Source of the DNA: Micrococcales bacterium
GTDB lineage: Bacteria; Actinomycetota; Actinomycetes; Actinomycetales; WQXJ01
NCBI GenBank assembly: GCA_009784895.1
Contig: WQXJ01000002.1
Location: forward strand, 16,903-80,902
Reading direction: 5' to 3'
DNA length: 64,000 nt
A program made the position numbers and the translations under genes. Of this stretch, positions 28,283 through 38,510 are shown one piece after another; the stretch's first letter is position 1, and the number at the start of each line of letters is the position of its first letter. The notes under the pieces are model-generated. The model did not search any database. It had not been told where the DNA came from and was given only the letters and a program-made list of their open reading frames with translations.

Positions 28283-28486
28283 AAGTGAGCCAGCGCCTAG
28301 GCGACGAGGCGGCTCAAGCCCGGCAGCCGGCATCGGCCATCAACACCCATCCAGGCCAAACTCAAATGGATTAACGCCCGGCCCACCAGCTACGCGCCTG
28401 TAGCCTGGAGACTGCTAAGAGGTCTTGCCGACTCGACAGATCGGAAATGTCGCCCGACACCGACACCCCAAGGAGAAATCGGTCCA

Positions 28487-29920
28487 ATGTTTGAAACTCC
28501 GCAAGAGGCCATCGCCTACGCCCAGACCCAAGGCGTTGAGCACGTCGACATTCGTTTCTGCGACCTGCCAGGGGTGATGCAGCACTTCACAGTGCCCGCC
28601 CAGACCTTTGACGAAAGCGCCTTCGCCGAAGGCAACGAGGGCCTGATGTTTGACGGCTCCTCGATCCGCGGCTTCCAGGCCATCCACGAGTCGGATATGA
28701 AACTGGTGCCGGACGTCAAAACCGCTTTCATTGACCCCTTCCGCAAATACAAGACCTTGGTGATCAACTGCTCGATTGTCGACCCGTTCACCGGCGAAAC
28801 CTATTCGCGCGACCCGCGCAACGTGGCCGCCAAAGCCGAGGCCTACCTGGCTTCGACCGGCATTGCCGACACCGCCTTTTTTGGCCCCGAGGCCGAGTTC
28901 TACATTTTTGACGACGTGCGCTATGCGACATCGGACCACGAGTCTTTCCACCGGATCGAATCCTCTCTGGCCGCCTGGAACACCGGCCGGAAAGAGGACG
29001 GCGGCAACTTGAGCTACAAGACCCGCCTGAAGGGTGGCTATTTCGTGGTGCCGCCAACCGACCAATTGGCCGATCTACGTGACGAAATGGTGGCGAAACT
29101 GGCTCAGGCCTCCCTGGCCGTAGAACGGGCCCACCCGGAATGCGGCACCGCCGGCCAACAGGAGATCAACTACCGCTTCGATACCCTGCTTCACTCCGGT
29201 GATGACCTGATGAAGTTCAAATACGTCATCAAGAACACCGCCTGGGCGGCCGGCAAAACAGTCACCTTCATGCCCAAACCGATCTTTGGCGACGCCGGCA
29301 GCGGTATGCACTGCCACCAGTCCCTTTGGCAAGACGGCGAACCGCTGTTCTACGACGAACGCGGCTACGGCGGTCTGAGCGATCTGGCCCGCTGGTACAT
29401 CGGCGGGCTGCTGGCGCACGCCCCGGCGGTTTTGGCCTTCACCAACCCGACTGTCAATTCGTTCCACCGACTGGTGCCGGGCTTCGAGGCGCCGGTCAAT
29501 CTGGTCTATTCGCAGCGCAACCGCTCGGCCTGTATCCGCATCCCGGTAACCGGTTCGAGCCCCAAGGCCAAGCGGATCGAGTTCCGGGTGCCCGACCCGT
29601 CGTCCAACCCCTACCTGGCCTTCGCCGCCCAGTTGATGGCCGGGATTGATGGCATTCGCAACCGGATCGAGCCGCCGGACCCAATCGACAAAGACCTCTA
29701 CGAGCTGCCCCCGGCCGAGCACGACCAGATTCAGCAGGTACCGGCCTCGCTGCCGGAGGTGCTCGACGCGCTCGAGGCTGACCAGGACTTCTTGACCGAA
29801 GGCGATGTCTTTACGCCGGATCTGCTGGCTACCTGGTCTGACTACAAGCGCACCAATGAGGTCGATCCGCTGCGGCAGCGGCCCCACCCGCACGAGTTCG
29901 AGTTGTACTACGACATTTGA
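28487..29920 (+). CDS. glnA: Glutamine synthetase type I
   Basis: [27 protein letters not shown] and the adenylylation-site context DKDLYELPP; 477 aa. Confidence 0.95.
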   Translation: MFETPQEAIAYAQTQGVEHVDIRFCDLPGVMQHFTVPAQTFDESAFAEGNEGLMFDGSSIRGFQAIHESDMKLVPDVKTAFIDPFRKYKTLVINCSIVDPFTGETYSRDPRNVAAKAEAYLASTGIADTAFFGPEAEFYIFDDVRYATSDHESFHRIESSLAAWNTGRKEDGGNLSYKTRLKGGYFVVPPTDQLADLRDEMVAKLAQASLAVERAHPECGTAGQQEINYRFDTLLHSGDDLMKFKYVIKNTAWAAGKTVTFMPKPIFGDAGSGMHCHQSLWQDGEPLFYDERGYGGLSDLARWYIGGLLAHAPAVLAFTNPTVNSFHRLVPGFEAPVNLVYSQRNRSACIRIPVTGSSPKAKRIEFRVPDPSSNPYLAFAAQLMAGIDGIRNRIEPPDPIDKDLYELPPAEHDQIQQVPASLPEVLDALEADQDFLTEGDVFTPDLLATWSDYKRTNEVDPLRQRPHPHEFELYYDI

Positions 29921-30172
29921 TCCCGCGAGTCCGGGGTTTGGCACCACCCCATTCACGCGAGTCCGAGGTTTTGCACCACTGGCGTTTCTCGCGAGTCCGA
30001 GGTTTTGCACCACTGGCTGCCCGATGGCGGAGGGTCACCTGTCGTAACCCTCTCCCGCGAGTCCCCTCCCGCGAGTTTGGGGTTTGGCACCACCCCATTC
30101 ACGCGAGTCCGAGGTTTTGCACCACTGACGTTTCTCGCGAGTCCGGGGTTCTGCACCACTGGCTGCCCGATG
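29921..30172. repeat. Core-repeat array R14 (downstream of glnA)
   Basis: Six to seven forward cores begin 1 nt after the glnA stop. A ~140-bp higher-order unit (GGGGTTTGGCACCACCCCATTCACGCGAGTCCGAGGTTTTGCACCACTG.CGTTTCTCGCGAGTCCG.GGTT.TGCACCACTGGCTGCCCGATGGC) is present twice. Confidence 0.95.
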
Positions 30173-30257
30173 GCAACCGATCGCCTCCCCACGGCCACCT
30201 CGCACGAACCCAGGATTCAGCCCGAGGTGGCCCAAACCTTTGGGTTAAAGCAGCCAG

Positions 30258-30302
30258 GCCGAGTCGGCGAATACCCTCGGTGACAATCCCCGGACTCGGC
30301 GC
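30258..30302. repeat. Degenerate head-to-head pair R14b
   Basis: GCCGAGTCGGCGAATACCCTCGGTGACAATCCCCGGACTCGGC. The terminal GCCGAGTC/GACTCGGC pair, and the inverted half matches the core. Confidence 0.6.
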
Positions 30303-30369
30303 ATTGAGCTGGCCGGTGGGTGTTCGTCCTGGTCGGAGCGATGTCTGGGGTGGGTTGGATGATTGGGAC

Positions 30370-31455
30370 ATGACATCGTTGGTGATCACAGAATTGAAGA
30401 CCGGGCCGCGGGCCTTCGCCCCAATAACCTCATCCGGAAGCAGCCCCGAAGCGCTGGTCGGTTCCAGTGTGTTTACCCGCAGCCAGCTGACCGGCCGAGG
30501 ATTGGGACGGGGTTGGGTCGCCTACCAGGTTAAGACCGGCCGTTTGGTCCGCGTCGCCGGCAAGGCCCTGCAGTCTCCCGGCCGCACGCTGACAACGTCA
30601 CGACGGGCCAACGCCGCCATGTTGACCTGGCCAGACGGGGTGGTCTGGGGCCCATCGGCCTTATCACTGCATCTACCGGACGCGCCGGTCCCCGCGTCTG
30701 ACCGCCTGATCGTGGCGGCCTCGGTTTCGCGGAGTCATCAAGCCGGGTTGATGGCACGGAAGATCCCGGTGCCCGATGACGAACAGACAGTTGTCGCCGG
30801 TTCGATCCGTGTCCAAAGCCTGCAGGCGGCCATAGTGGACACCCTGCGACACCTTGATCAGTCTCATGCCATGGAAATGCTGGCTTGGCTTATTAACGCG
30901 GGCCGGATCCATCCGGCCGAATTCACAAAGATCGCGAAGCGGCGCAAGGGCTACCGCGGAGCTCGCCGGTTGCACTGGATGAGGGCAATGGTTTGGTCGA
31001 ACGCTGCCTCTTTGCCCGAGTTCGATTGTCACGAGATTTTGCGCCAGTCTCTGGCCCTGCCCGCTGACCAATGGCAAGCCAACGCGCCGGTCAGGCTCAA
31101 TGATGGGGGCAGGTTGCGAGTCGACGTTCTGGTGGCCGGGGCGCGGAAAGTGGTTGAAGTCGACGGGGCTGCCTACCATCGGGACAAAGCCGCAGATCGC
31201 AGGCGCGATCAGCGCCTGCGGCAATCCGGCTATGACGTGCTCCGGCTTGATGCGGTGATGGTCATGTATGACAAGGCCAGGACCATTAGGTTGTTGCAGG
31301 ATTTCCTGTTCCCCGACCGCCCACCCGGCCCCGCGCCGGGCCAGAAAGGCGGGCCGCCGCTACCCAAAGCTCCCTGGTGGCAGCGCCACACGCACCTTGA
31401 ACCGGTTGAGCGTCTGGACCAATCCCAGCGACGCCGCCCGCGCCGCCGCCGCTGA
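30370..31455 (+). CDS. DUF559 / Vsr-like endonuclease-fold protein
   Basis: The C-terminus VDVLVAGARKVVEVDGAAYHRDKAADRRRDQRLRQSGYDVLRL matches the DUF559 pattern common in actinobacteria. Track ORF 29917..31455 reads through ~450 nt of repeat array, so the ATG at 30370 (MTSLVITELK) is the first start outside it. Confidence 0.65.
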   Translation: MTSLVITELKTGPRAFAPITSSGSSPEALVGSSVFTRSQLTGRGLGRGWVAYQVKTGRLVRVAGKALQSPGRTLTTSRRANAAMLTWPDGVVWGPSALSLHLPDAPVPASDRLIVAASVSRSHQAGLMARKIPVPDDEQTVVAGSIRVQSLQAAIVDTLRHLDQSHAMEMLAWLINAGRIHPAEFTKIAKRRKGYRGARRLHWMRAMVWSNAASLPEFDCHEILRQSLALPADQWQANAPVRLNDGGRLRVDVLVAGARKVVEVDGAAYHRDKAADRRRDQRLRQSGYDVLRLDAVMVMYDKARTIRLLQDFLFPDRPPGPAPGQKGGPPLPKAPWWQRHTHLEPVERLDQSQRRRPRRRR

Positions 31456-31567
31456 CAGTCGCATCCGGGCCAATCGATCCCCCAACTCTGCTCCTCCAGG
31501 TCGACCAACAGTGGGCTTGACGCGGGCTTATACTGGGGCCGTTGACCGGGAAAGGAGCGCTCAACCA

Positions 31568-31945
31568 ATGGCAGTCCTGCGTCCGATGTTGCTGTCCAAA
31601 ATCCACCGCGCCACTGTGACCGCGGCGGACTTAGACTATGTCGGCTCGATCAGCCTCGACGATGAGCTGCTCCAGGCTGTTGACCTGTTTGAAGGCCAGC
31701 AGGTTGACGTTCTCGACATCACCAACGGTGCCCGCCTGACGACCTACGTGATCAGGGCAGAGGCTGGATCAGGCACGGTAGCAATCAACGGAGCCGCCGC
31801 CCACCTGGTTCACACAGGCGACCTGATTATTGTGCTCGGTTACGGCCTGTTGGATGAATCCACGGCCCAGACCCACCTGCCCAAAGTGGCCCATGTCGAC
31901 ACCAACAACCGGATCATTAGACTTGGCCATCATCCAGGCCAGTAA
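31568..31945 (+). CDS. panD: Aspartate 1-decarboxylase
   Basis: MAVLRPMLLSKIHRATVTAADLDYVGSISLD with the Gly-Ser self-processing site, preceded by RBS GGAAAGGAG; 125 aa. Confidence 0.9.
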   Translation: MAVLRPMLLSKIHRATVTAADLDYVGSISLDDELLQAVDLFEGQQVDVLDITNGARLTTYVIRAEAGSGTVAINGAAAHLVHTGDLIIVLGYGLLDESTAQTHLPKVAHVDTNNRIIRLGHHPGQ

Positions 31946-32017
31946 GTAGCCCCGCATGGCCCCGATCCAATCGGGCAACCCCTCCGACTCACGGTTTCTG
32001 GGCTGATCAGGCGCCTT

Positions 32018-32120
32018 CAACCGCGAGTCCGCGGTTTGGCAGCACGAAACCGGACGGCACCTTTCGCCCATGCCCTAGTGGTTCGGCGCCGAGCCCTTGA
32101 TGCCAAACCCCGGACTCGGT
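32018..32120. repeat. Core-repeat pair R15 (panD / glnE convergent region)
   Basis: Forward CGCGAGTCCGCGGTTTGGCAGCA (about 32022-32044) and inverted TGATGCCAAACCCCGGACTCGG (about 32098-32119), with a ~55-nt spacer. Confidence 0.9.
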
Positions 32121-32130
32121 GTTGTGGGGG

Positions 32131-35100
32131 CTAGTCGAAGAACAGCCGCTCGAATACCTTCCTTGCCCGGCGGGCGGCTCGGGCCCAGTCCTGGGCAATT
32201 TGCTGCGAAAGCCCGGACTCGCGGGAAAGGAGGGCGGCGATGCCGGCCAGGTGGCGTTGGTCTGACGGCACGTGGTCGCAAGCCGGGTTGACCCGGCCGG
32301 TCCAAAGCGCATTGGCCTGGCGGATAGCCATGGCCTGGCGCCAGGCTGCGGTCAGGACTTCGACATCGGCCAGCTCGATTAGCCCTTCGGCGGCGCAGGC
32401 CTCTAAGGCGTCAAGAGTGGCGGTGACCTGCAGCGCAGGATGGCCGTGGGCAAAGCGCAGCTGGTAGAGCTGAGCCACCCATTGGACATCCAACAACCCA
32501 CCTGGGCCCAGCTTCAAGTGGCGGGCCGGTTCGATCCCCCTGGGCAGGCGCTCGGCTTCAACCCTGGCCTTGACCAGTCTCAACTCGCGTAAATCAGCCG
32601 GCGGCAAGCCACCGGCCTGGTAGCGCACGCTGTCCGCCAGGCTCATAAACTCGCCCGCCACGTCATCGTCCCCGGCCAAAAGGCGAGCCCGGAGCAAAGC
32701 CTGGCGTTCCCAGGGCTGGGCCCAGCGCTGGTAGTAGTCCCGGTAGGCCTCAACCGACCTGGTCAGCGGGCCAGAGCGGCCTTCTGGCCGCAGGTCGGGA
32801 TCAACTACCAAGGCCGGTTCGGGTCCCAGGCCACCAAGCAACTCCTTGACCTGCTTGGCCACGGCCACTGCCGCCGCGCTGGCCGCCGCCGGATCCGCTC
32901 CGGGCACGGCTTGGTGCACAAACAGCACATCGGCGTCAGAACCAAGGGCCATTTCGCGGCCTCCCAGCGAGCCCATCGCCACAACCGCCACACGCGCCGG
33001 CAAATCGCCCAGGTTTTCTGCCACTACCGCCTTGGCCAGACGCAGGGCGCTGACCAAAGCAACCTCGGCCGCATCGGAAGTTGCCTGATAGGCCTCGAGG
33101 TCGCTGACCTGGCCAACGACCTGACCGGCGCCAATGCGGCTGAGCTCGCGCCTCCGCAACGCCCTGACTGCCTCGGTCGCCGGGGCGACCTCTTGGTGCC
33201 GCTGCAGTACGGCATCGGACTCGACCATCATCTCCGCCAGGGGCCGTGGCGCCAGGTCGGCGTCCTGGCCAAACCAAGCGGCCGCCTCTGGCGACCGAGT
33301 CAAAGAATCGGCCACCCATTTCGAGGCCGCCAAGACGTGGCTCAACCGCTCCGCGGCACCGGATTTGTCCCGCAGCAACCGCAAGAACCAGGGTGTCGCG
33401 CCCAGGGCCTCAGACAGTTGACGGAAGGACAACAACCCCGAGTCGGGATCAGCCCCTTCGGCTAGCCAGCCCATGATGACCGGTAACAGCTGCCGCATAA
33501 TCGATGACCGCCGGCTAACACCTTGGGTCAAAGCGGCGATATGCCGCATTGCGCCTTCAGGGTCGCGGTAACCCAAGGCCGTCAAGCGGGCCCGAGCGGC
33601 CTCTGGCGCCAATTGGGCCTCGCCGGGGGTTAGCGAGGCGGTCTGTGGCAACAGCGGCCGGTAGTAAAGCTCCTCATGCAGCGACCGGACCTGCAGCCTC
33701 GTGGCTTTCCAGACTCCTGCCAGCTCCTGGGAGGTGGCCGGCGACAGCCTGGCAGCCCGGGCCAAGATCCGCTGCTCTACCTCGGACTCGGGCAGGAGGT
33801 GGGTGCGGCGCAGGCGGCGCAGCTGTATCCGGTGCTCCAAGGTTCGTTCCAAGCGGTAGCACTCGGCCAGTTGGCTGGCAGCCGACCGCCCAACGTAGCC
33901 GCTCTCAGACAGCTGGGCCAGGGCCGTCAGCGTGGTTGGTGAGCGCAGGGCCGGATCGGTTCGCCCGTGAACCAGTTGCAGCATTTGGACGGTGAACTCG
34001 ACGTCACGCAAACCCCCACGTCCCAGCTTGATTTCGCGGGCCGCCTCGCCAGCCGGCAAATGCTGCTCGACCCGCCGGCGCATGGCTTGGGTGTCTAAGA
34101 CAAAGTTGTCCCGTCCGGCCGCCTGCCACACCAACGGCCGGGTCATTTCGATGTAGGCACGGCCCAAGGCCGCATCGCCGGCCGCCGGGCGGGCCTTTAG
34201 CAGTGCTTGGAACTCCCAGGTCTGAGCCCATTTCTCCAAATAGGCCTGGTGTGAGGCCAGTGTGCGCACCAGCGGGCCGTTCTTGCCCTCAGGCCGCAGG
34301 TTGGGATCGACCTGCCAAATGACCGGTTCTTTGGCCGGCGCGGCGCAAGCCCGTTGCAGTGCAATAGCCAATTGGGTGCCGATCTCCATGGCCCTGGCTT
34401 CGCTGACATCGCCGCTGGATGGCTCGCAGACGTAGATGACGTCAACGTCGGAAACGTAGTTCAACTCCCGCCCGCCAGTCTTGCCCATGGCGATAACCGA
34501 CAAGTCGGCCAGCTCGTGGTTTGACACCGCCACCCGGGCTAGGCTCAGCGCCGCCTCGAGCACGCCGGTGGCCAGGTCGGCCAGCGCCCGGCTAACCTCT
34601 TCGAAAACCTCGACCGGCCGCGCATGAGCCAGGTCGCCGGCGGCAATGGCCAGCAGTTCGTTGCGGTAGGCCAGCCGCAGCGGCTCGCATTCAGGGCCTG
34701 CCGCCACTGGCCGGGCGGAAGCTGGGTCGGCTCCAACCGCTTCCAACAGCCGGGCTCGGATGGCCAATTGGGCTGCGGTTGGTTCGGTTGGGTCGGTCTG
34801 CCTTCCATTGGTCGCCTCGGCCGGGTTGGCTAGTGCCGCCTCGGCCTGGTTGACAGGCACCGTTTCGCCCGATGCCGTACCGGCCTTGGGCGCCAAACCG
34901 TCGCCTCCGCCTGCGCCCAGGTCACCTGGCCCGGCCGGGGACTCGGCATCGGCCCCAGCGGGCACCCCAGACAGGGCCTCGGGGTGGCGAATCAAGTGCT
35001 CACCTAAGGCGACCGACCCTCCAAACAAGGCCAGGCAGCTCAGCCGCCGGTCCGGATCTGCCAGGACTTCGCTTAGCAGCTCAAGGCCTGGCCCGGATTT

Positions 35101-35301
35101 GGCGCTGGCCAGGCGAACCATGGCCAGCAGGGCGGCGTCGGGATCCGCCAGCGGCGCCAGGTCGCCCGGCTCTAGGCCAATTCCGTAGCCGGCCAGCTCT
35201 TCAAACCAGGACTCCGCCCGCGCCGGATCGCCCACCCCGGCCCGGGCCAGGGCAGCCCCGACCGACCGGCGCCGGCCGCCGTGATCAGGAGAACCGTCCA
35301 T
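32131..35301 (-). CDS. glnE: Bifunctional glutamine synthetase adenylyltransferase / adenylyl-removing enzyme
   Basis: 1056 aa with two nucleotidyltransferase halves (GKTGGRELNYVSDVDVIYV and MGSLGGREMALGSDADVLFV). Confidence 0.9.
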   Translation of the reverse strand: MDGSPDHGGRRRSVGAALARAGVGDPARAESWFEELAGYGIGLEPGDLAPLADPDAALLAMVRLASAKSGPGLELLSEVLADPDRRLSCLALFGGSVALGEHLIRHPEALSGVPAGADAESPAGPGDLGAGGGDGLAPKAGTASGETVPVNQAEAALANPAEATNGRQTDPTEPTAAQLAIRARLLEAVGADPASARPVAAGPECEPLRLAYRNELLAIAAGDLAHARPVEVFEEVSRALADLATGVLEAALSLARVAVSNHELADLSVIAMGKTGGRELNYVSDVDVIYVCEPSSGDVSEARAMEIGTQLAIALQRACAAPAKEPVIWQVDPNLRPEGKNGPLVRTLASHQAYLEKWAQTWEFQALLKARPAAGDAALGRAYIEMTRPLVWQAAGRDNFVLDTQAMRRRVEQHLPAGEAAREIKLGRGGLRDVEFTVQMLQLVHGRTDPALRSPTTLTALAQLSESGYVGRSAASQLAECYRLERTLEHRIQLRRLRRTHLLPESEVEQRILARAARLSPATSQELAGVWKATRLQVRSLHEELYYRPLLPQTASLTPGEAQLAPEAARARLTALGYRDPEGAMRHIAALTQGVSRRSSIMRQLLPVIMGWLAEGADPDSGLLSFRQLSEALGATPWFLRLLRDKSGAAERLSHVLAASKWVADSLTRSPEAAAWFGQDADLAPRPLAEMMVESDAVLQRHQEVAPATEAVRALRRRELSRIGAGQVVGQVSDLEAYQATSDAAEVALVSALRLAKAVVAENLGDLPARVAVVAMGSLGGREMALGSDADVLFVHQAVPGADPAAASAAAVAVAKQVKELLGGLGPEPALVVDPDLRPEGRSGPLTRSVEAYRDYYQRWAQPWERQALLRARLLAGDDDVAGEFMSLADSVRYQAGGLPPADLRELRLVKARVEAERLPRGIEPARHLKLGPGGLLDVQWVAQLYQLRFAHGHPALQVTATLDALEACAAEGLIELADVEVLTAAWRQAMAIRQANALWTGRVNPACDHVPSDQRHLAGIAALLSRESGLSQQIAQDWARAARRARKVFERLFFD

Positions 35302-35307
35302 CTGGTA

Positions 35308-36648
35308 TCAGAGGATCGGCATGTAGGTGGACAGTTCGTAATCGGTTATCTGGGCGCGATATTCAGCCCATTCGCGGGCCTTGTTCCGCAGCACAAAGTC
35401 GAAAACGTGCTCGCCCAGGATTTCAGCCGCCAACTCTGAATCCTCCATTGTGGCGGCCGCCTCGGCCAATGAGGCCGGTAGCGGTTTGATACCCAGGGCG
35501 CGGCGTTCGCCATCGGACAAGGCCCAGACGTCGTCTTCGGCCTCGTCCGGCAGGTCGTAACCCTCTTCGATACCCTTCAGCCCGGCACCCAAGACCGCGG
35601 CGAAAGCCAAATAGGGGTTCGCGGCCGAGTCCATGCCCCTGAACTCGACCCGCGCACTTTGCGGTTTGCCGGTTTTGTACATTGGCACCCGCAGCAGGGC
35701 AGAGCGGTTGTTATGCCCCCAACAGACGTAGTTGGGCGCCTCCGCCCCGTCACATAGGCGTTTGTAGGAGTTAACAAACTGGTTCGTGATCAGGCATATC
35801 TCTGGTGCGTGACGCAGCACACCGGCCATGAACTGGCGCGCCGTACGGGAGAGTTCGTATTCGCCCCCGGCGGCGAAAAAGGCGTTCTTGTCGCCTTCGA
35901 AAAGCGAAAAATGGGTGTGCATGCCGCTACCGGGCTGGCCCTCCAGCGGTTTCGGCATGAACGAGGCGTAGGCGCCTTGTTCCAGGGCGGCCTGCTTGAC
36001 CACTGTGCGGAAGGTCATGATGTTGTCCGCCATGGATAACGCATCGGCATAGCGCAGGTCGATCTCGTTTTGGCCAGGTCCGGCCTCGTGGTGCGAGAAC
36101 TCGACTGAGATGCCCATTGATTCGAGCATTTCGATGGCGATCCGGCGGAAGTCGTTGACCAACCCGCGTGGCGTGTGGTCGAAATAGCCACCCTGGTCGA
36201 TCGGTTCTAGCGGTAGGGTGGCCGCACCGTCCCGGGCTTTGAACAGGTAAAACTCGATCTCTGGGTGGGTGTAGAAGGAGAAACCTAGATCGGCTGCCTG
36301 CTTGAGTACCCGTTTCAACACCTGGCGCGGGTCGGCCGCGCTGGGGCTGCCGTCTGGCATCAAAATGTCGCAGAACATCCGGGCGGTGCCGCCGCGTTCT
36401 TTATGCCAGGGCAGGATCTGGAAGGTGGTTGGATCCGGCACTGCGACCATATCGGCCTCGTAGACTCTGGTGAAACCCTCGATCGAACTGCCGTCAAAGC
36501 CGATCCCCTCATCAAAGGCGCTTTCCAGTTCAGCCGGCGCTATCGCCACCGATTTCAGGATGCCAAGTACATCGGTAAACCACAGCCGGATGAAGTGAAT
36601 GTCGCGCTCCTCCATAGCCCGCAGCACGTTTTCTTGTTGCCGATCCAC
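35308..36648 (-). CDS. glnA2: Glutamine synthetase-family protein (GlnA2 type)
   Basis: The N-terminus (V)DRQQENVLRAMEERDIHFIRLWFTDVLG parallels M. tuberculosis GlnA2. The GTG at 36648 is preceded by GGGAGG. The track start at 36789 lies in the repeat array. Confidence 0.85.
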   Translation of the reverse strand: MDRQQENVLRAMEERDIHFIRLWFTDVLGILKSVAIAPAELESAFDEGIGFDGSSIEGFTRVYEADMVAVPDPTTFQILPWHKERGGTARMFCDILMPDGSPSAADPRQVLKRVLKQAADLGFSFYTHPEIEFYLFKARDGAATLPLEPIDQGGYFDHTPRGLVNDFRRIAIEMLESMGISVEFSHHEAGPGQNEIDLRYADALSMADNIMTFRTVVKQAALEQGAYASFMPKPLEGQPGSGMHTHFSLFEGDKNAFFAAGGEYELSRTARQFMAGVLRHAPEICLITNQFVNSYKRLCDGAEAPNYVCWGHNNRSALLRVPMYKTGKPQSARVEFRGMDSAANPYLAFAAVLGAGLKGIEEGYDLPDEAEDDVWALSDGERRALGIKPLPASLAEAAATMEDSELAAEILGEHVFDFVLRNKAREWAEYRAQITDYELSTYMPIL

Positions 36649-36685
36649 AGTTGGCCTCCCTGCCTGGGGTGTTCTGGGCCTTTCA

Positions 36686-36930
36686 ATGCTGCCACAACCC
36701 GGACTCGCTGTCGCGGCAGGGCCCAGACCTCCCCCTTCTCGCGTCCTCCCCCCTTCTCGCGAGTCCGAGGTTTGGCATGACTTCGACATGCTGTCAAGGC
36801 TCGGACTCGCTGAGGCGTGGCAGTTCCGGCAGCCGCAACGAGGCAGTATGGCCGATGGCGGGACTCAGGGATGCTGTCAAAGCCTGGACTCGCTGGAGTG
36901 GGTGGTGGTGCGAAAGCCTGGACTCGCGGA
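36686..36930. repeat. Core-repeat array R16 (glnA2 / aspA divergent region)
   Basis: Inverted (TGCTGCCACAACCCGGACTCGCTG), forward (CGCGAGTCCGAGGTTTGGCATGA), then three inverted (TGCTGTCAAGGCTCGGACTCGCTG, TGCTGTCAAAGCCTGGACTCGCTG, GTGCGAAAGCCTGGACTCGCGG). Confidence 0.9.
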
Positions 36931-37005
36931 AATGGGGGGTGGGGTGGGGTTGCTGATGGGCGGAAACTGCGGGGCGTCTGGCGCATTGAGCCACGGCTCC
37001 GGGCT

Positions 37006-38472
37006 ATGGTGCTGGTTGTGGATAACGGCACAAAACCCCCCGAAAACCCGAAAGCAACCCGCACCGAACATGACCTCCTGGGCGAACGCGAAATCCCGGC
37101 CGAGGTCTACTGGGGCATTCACACCCTGCGCGCTATTGAGAACTACCCGATCTCTGGCCGCACTATCAACGATTACCCCCTCATGATCAAGGCCATGGCC
37201 TGCATCAAGAAGGCGACCGCCGCAGCCAACCGTGACCTGGGTGCACTCGAACCGGATAAGGCCGTAGCCATCATCTCGGCCTGTGACCAGATTCTCAGCG
37301 CTCGCGCCATGCGGGACCAGTTCCCAATTGACGTCTACCAGGGCGGCGCCGGCACCTCGGTCAATATGAACGCCAACGAGGTCATCGCCAACCTGGCCCT
37401 GGAGATCATGGGCAAACCCAAAGGCGCCTACGACATCATCAGCCCGCTGGACGATGTCAACATGTCACAGTCGACCAACGACGCCTACCCCACGGCCTTC
37501 CGCCTGGCCGTTTACACCTATGCCGAGGAGTTGGAGCAGCGCCTAGCCAAGCTGCAACGATCCTTTGAGGCCAAGGGCCAAGAGTTCGCCGATGTCATCA
37601 AAATGGGCCGGACACAGCTACAAGACGCCGTGCCCATGACTGCGGGTGCCGAATTCAACGCCTTCGCCACGCTGATTGGCGAAGAGCGCCAATGGCTCAT
37701 GGGCCTGACCAAACTGCTGCTAGAGGTCAACCTGGGCGCAACGGCCATTGGCACCGGCGTCAACACACCCCAGGGTTACTCTTCCCTGGCGGTGTCTTAC
37801 TTGGGACGGTTCACCGGCCTGCCATTTGTCGTTTCTGAAAACCTAGTTGAGGCGACCTCGGACACGGGCGCCTATGTTTCGGTTCACGCCGGGCTGAAAC
37901 GGATCGCCATCAAACTGTCAAAGATCTGCAACGACCTGCGGTTGCTATCCTCCGGGCCCAGGGCCGGCCTAGGCGAAATCAACCTGCCCCAAATGGCGGC
38001 CGGGTCGTCGATTATGCCGGCCAAGGTCAACCCGATCATTCCGGAGGTTGTCAACCAAATCGCCTTCAAGGTGATTGGTAACGACACAGTCGTGGCCTTC
38101 GCCTCAGAGGCCGGGCAGCTGCAGCTCAACGCCATGGAACCGGTTATGTGCCAGGCCATTTTCGAGTCGATCAAACTGCTCAAAAACGGCTGTGACGTGC
38201 TCAGGACCCGCTGTATTGATGGCATCACCTGCAACACCGAGGTCCAATCCGATTACGTCTACGGTTCGATTGGGCTAGTGACTTACCTCAACACGATTCT
38301 GGGTCACGCCGAATGTGACCGGATTGGCCAGATTGCCAGGGAAACCGGTCAAACCGTACGCGAAGTGGTGCTCGAGCAGGGCCTGCTGGACGAAGCCACC
38401 GTCGACCGGGTCTTTTCTAAGGAGCATTTGCTCTCCGGCCGGCCGGAGACCGATTGGGGCCACGGGAAATAA
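37006..38472 (+). CDS. aspA: Aspartate ammonia-lyase
   Basis: [32 protein letters not shown] and the fumarase/aspartase signature [11 protein letters not shown]. The track start at 36817 is inside repeats, so I use the ATG at 37006. Confidence 0.85.
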   Translation: MVLVVDNGTKPPENPKATRTEHDLLGEREIPAEVYWGIHTLRAIENYPISGRTINDYPLMIKAMACIKKATAAANRDLGALEPDKAVAIISACDQILSARAMRDQFPIDVYQGGAGTSVNMNANEVIANLALEIMGKPKGAYDIISPLDDVNMSQSTNDAYPTAFRLAVYTYAEELEQRLAKLQRSFEAKGQEFADVIKMGRTQLQDAVPMTAGAEFNAFATLIGEERQWLMGLTKLLLEVNLGATAIGTGVNTPQGYSSLAVSYLGRFTGLPFVVSENLVEATSDTGAYVSVHAGLKRIAIKLSKICNDLRLLSSGPRAGLGEINLPQMAAGSSIMPAKVNPIIPEVVNQIAFKVIGNDTVVAFASEAGQLQLNAMEPVMCQAIFESIKLLKNGCDVLRTRCIDGITCNTEVQSDYVYGSIGLVTYLNTILGHAECDRIGQIARETGQTVREVVLEQGLLDEATVDRVFSKEHLLSGRPETDWGHGK

Positions 38473-38478
38473 CCCGCC

Positions 38479-38510
38479 GCTAGGTGAGTGCCCAACGGCG
38501 CTCACCTAGC
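38479..38510. terminator. Hairpin between convergent aspA and the CNNM gene
   Basis: GCTAGGTGAG (38479-38488) pairs with CTCACCTAGC (38501-38510), a 10-bp stem whose right arm contains the stop of the minus-strand gene. Confidence 0.4.

Noticed and set aside
28300-28486. Possible GlnR box (gTnAC-n6-GnAAC) upstream of glnA, for example CGAC-AGATCG-GAAAT around 28430-28450.
   Set aside because: It matches only a loose half-site pattern, and I could not find a convincing a-b-a-b arrangement by eye. It needs a proper matrix scan, so I did not report it as a feature.
29075-30013. Long antisense ORFs inside bona fide genes. Examples are 29075..30013(-) in glnA, 2891..3763(+) in glyQS, 28415..29065(-), 25242..25841(-), 39703..40608(+), 46447..47058(-) and 55490..55981(-).
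   Set aside because: Such open antisense frames are typical of high-GC genomes. They have Arg/Gly/Pro/Ala-rich nonsense composition, and each overlaps a gene with strong family motifs.
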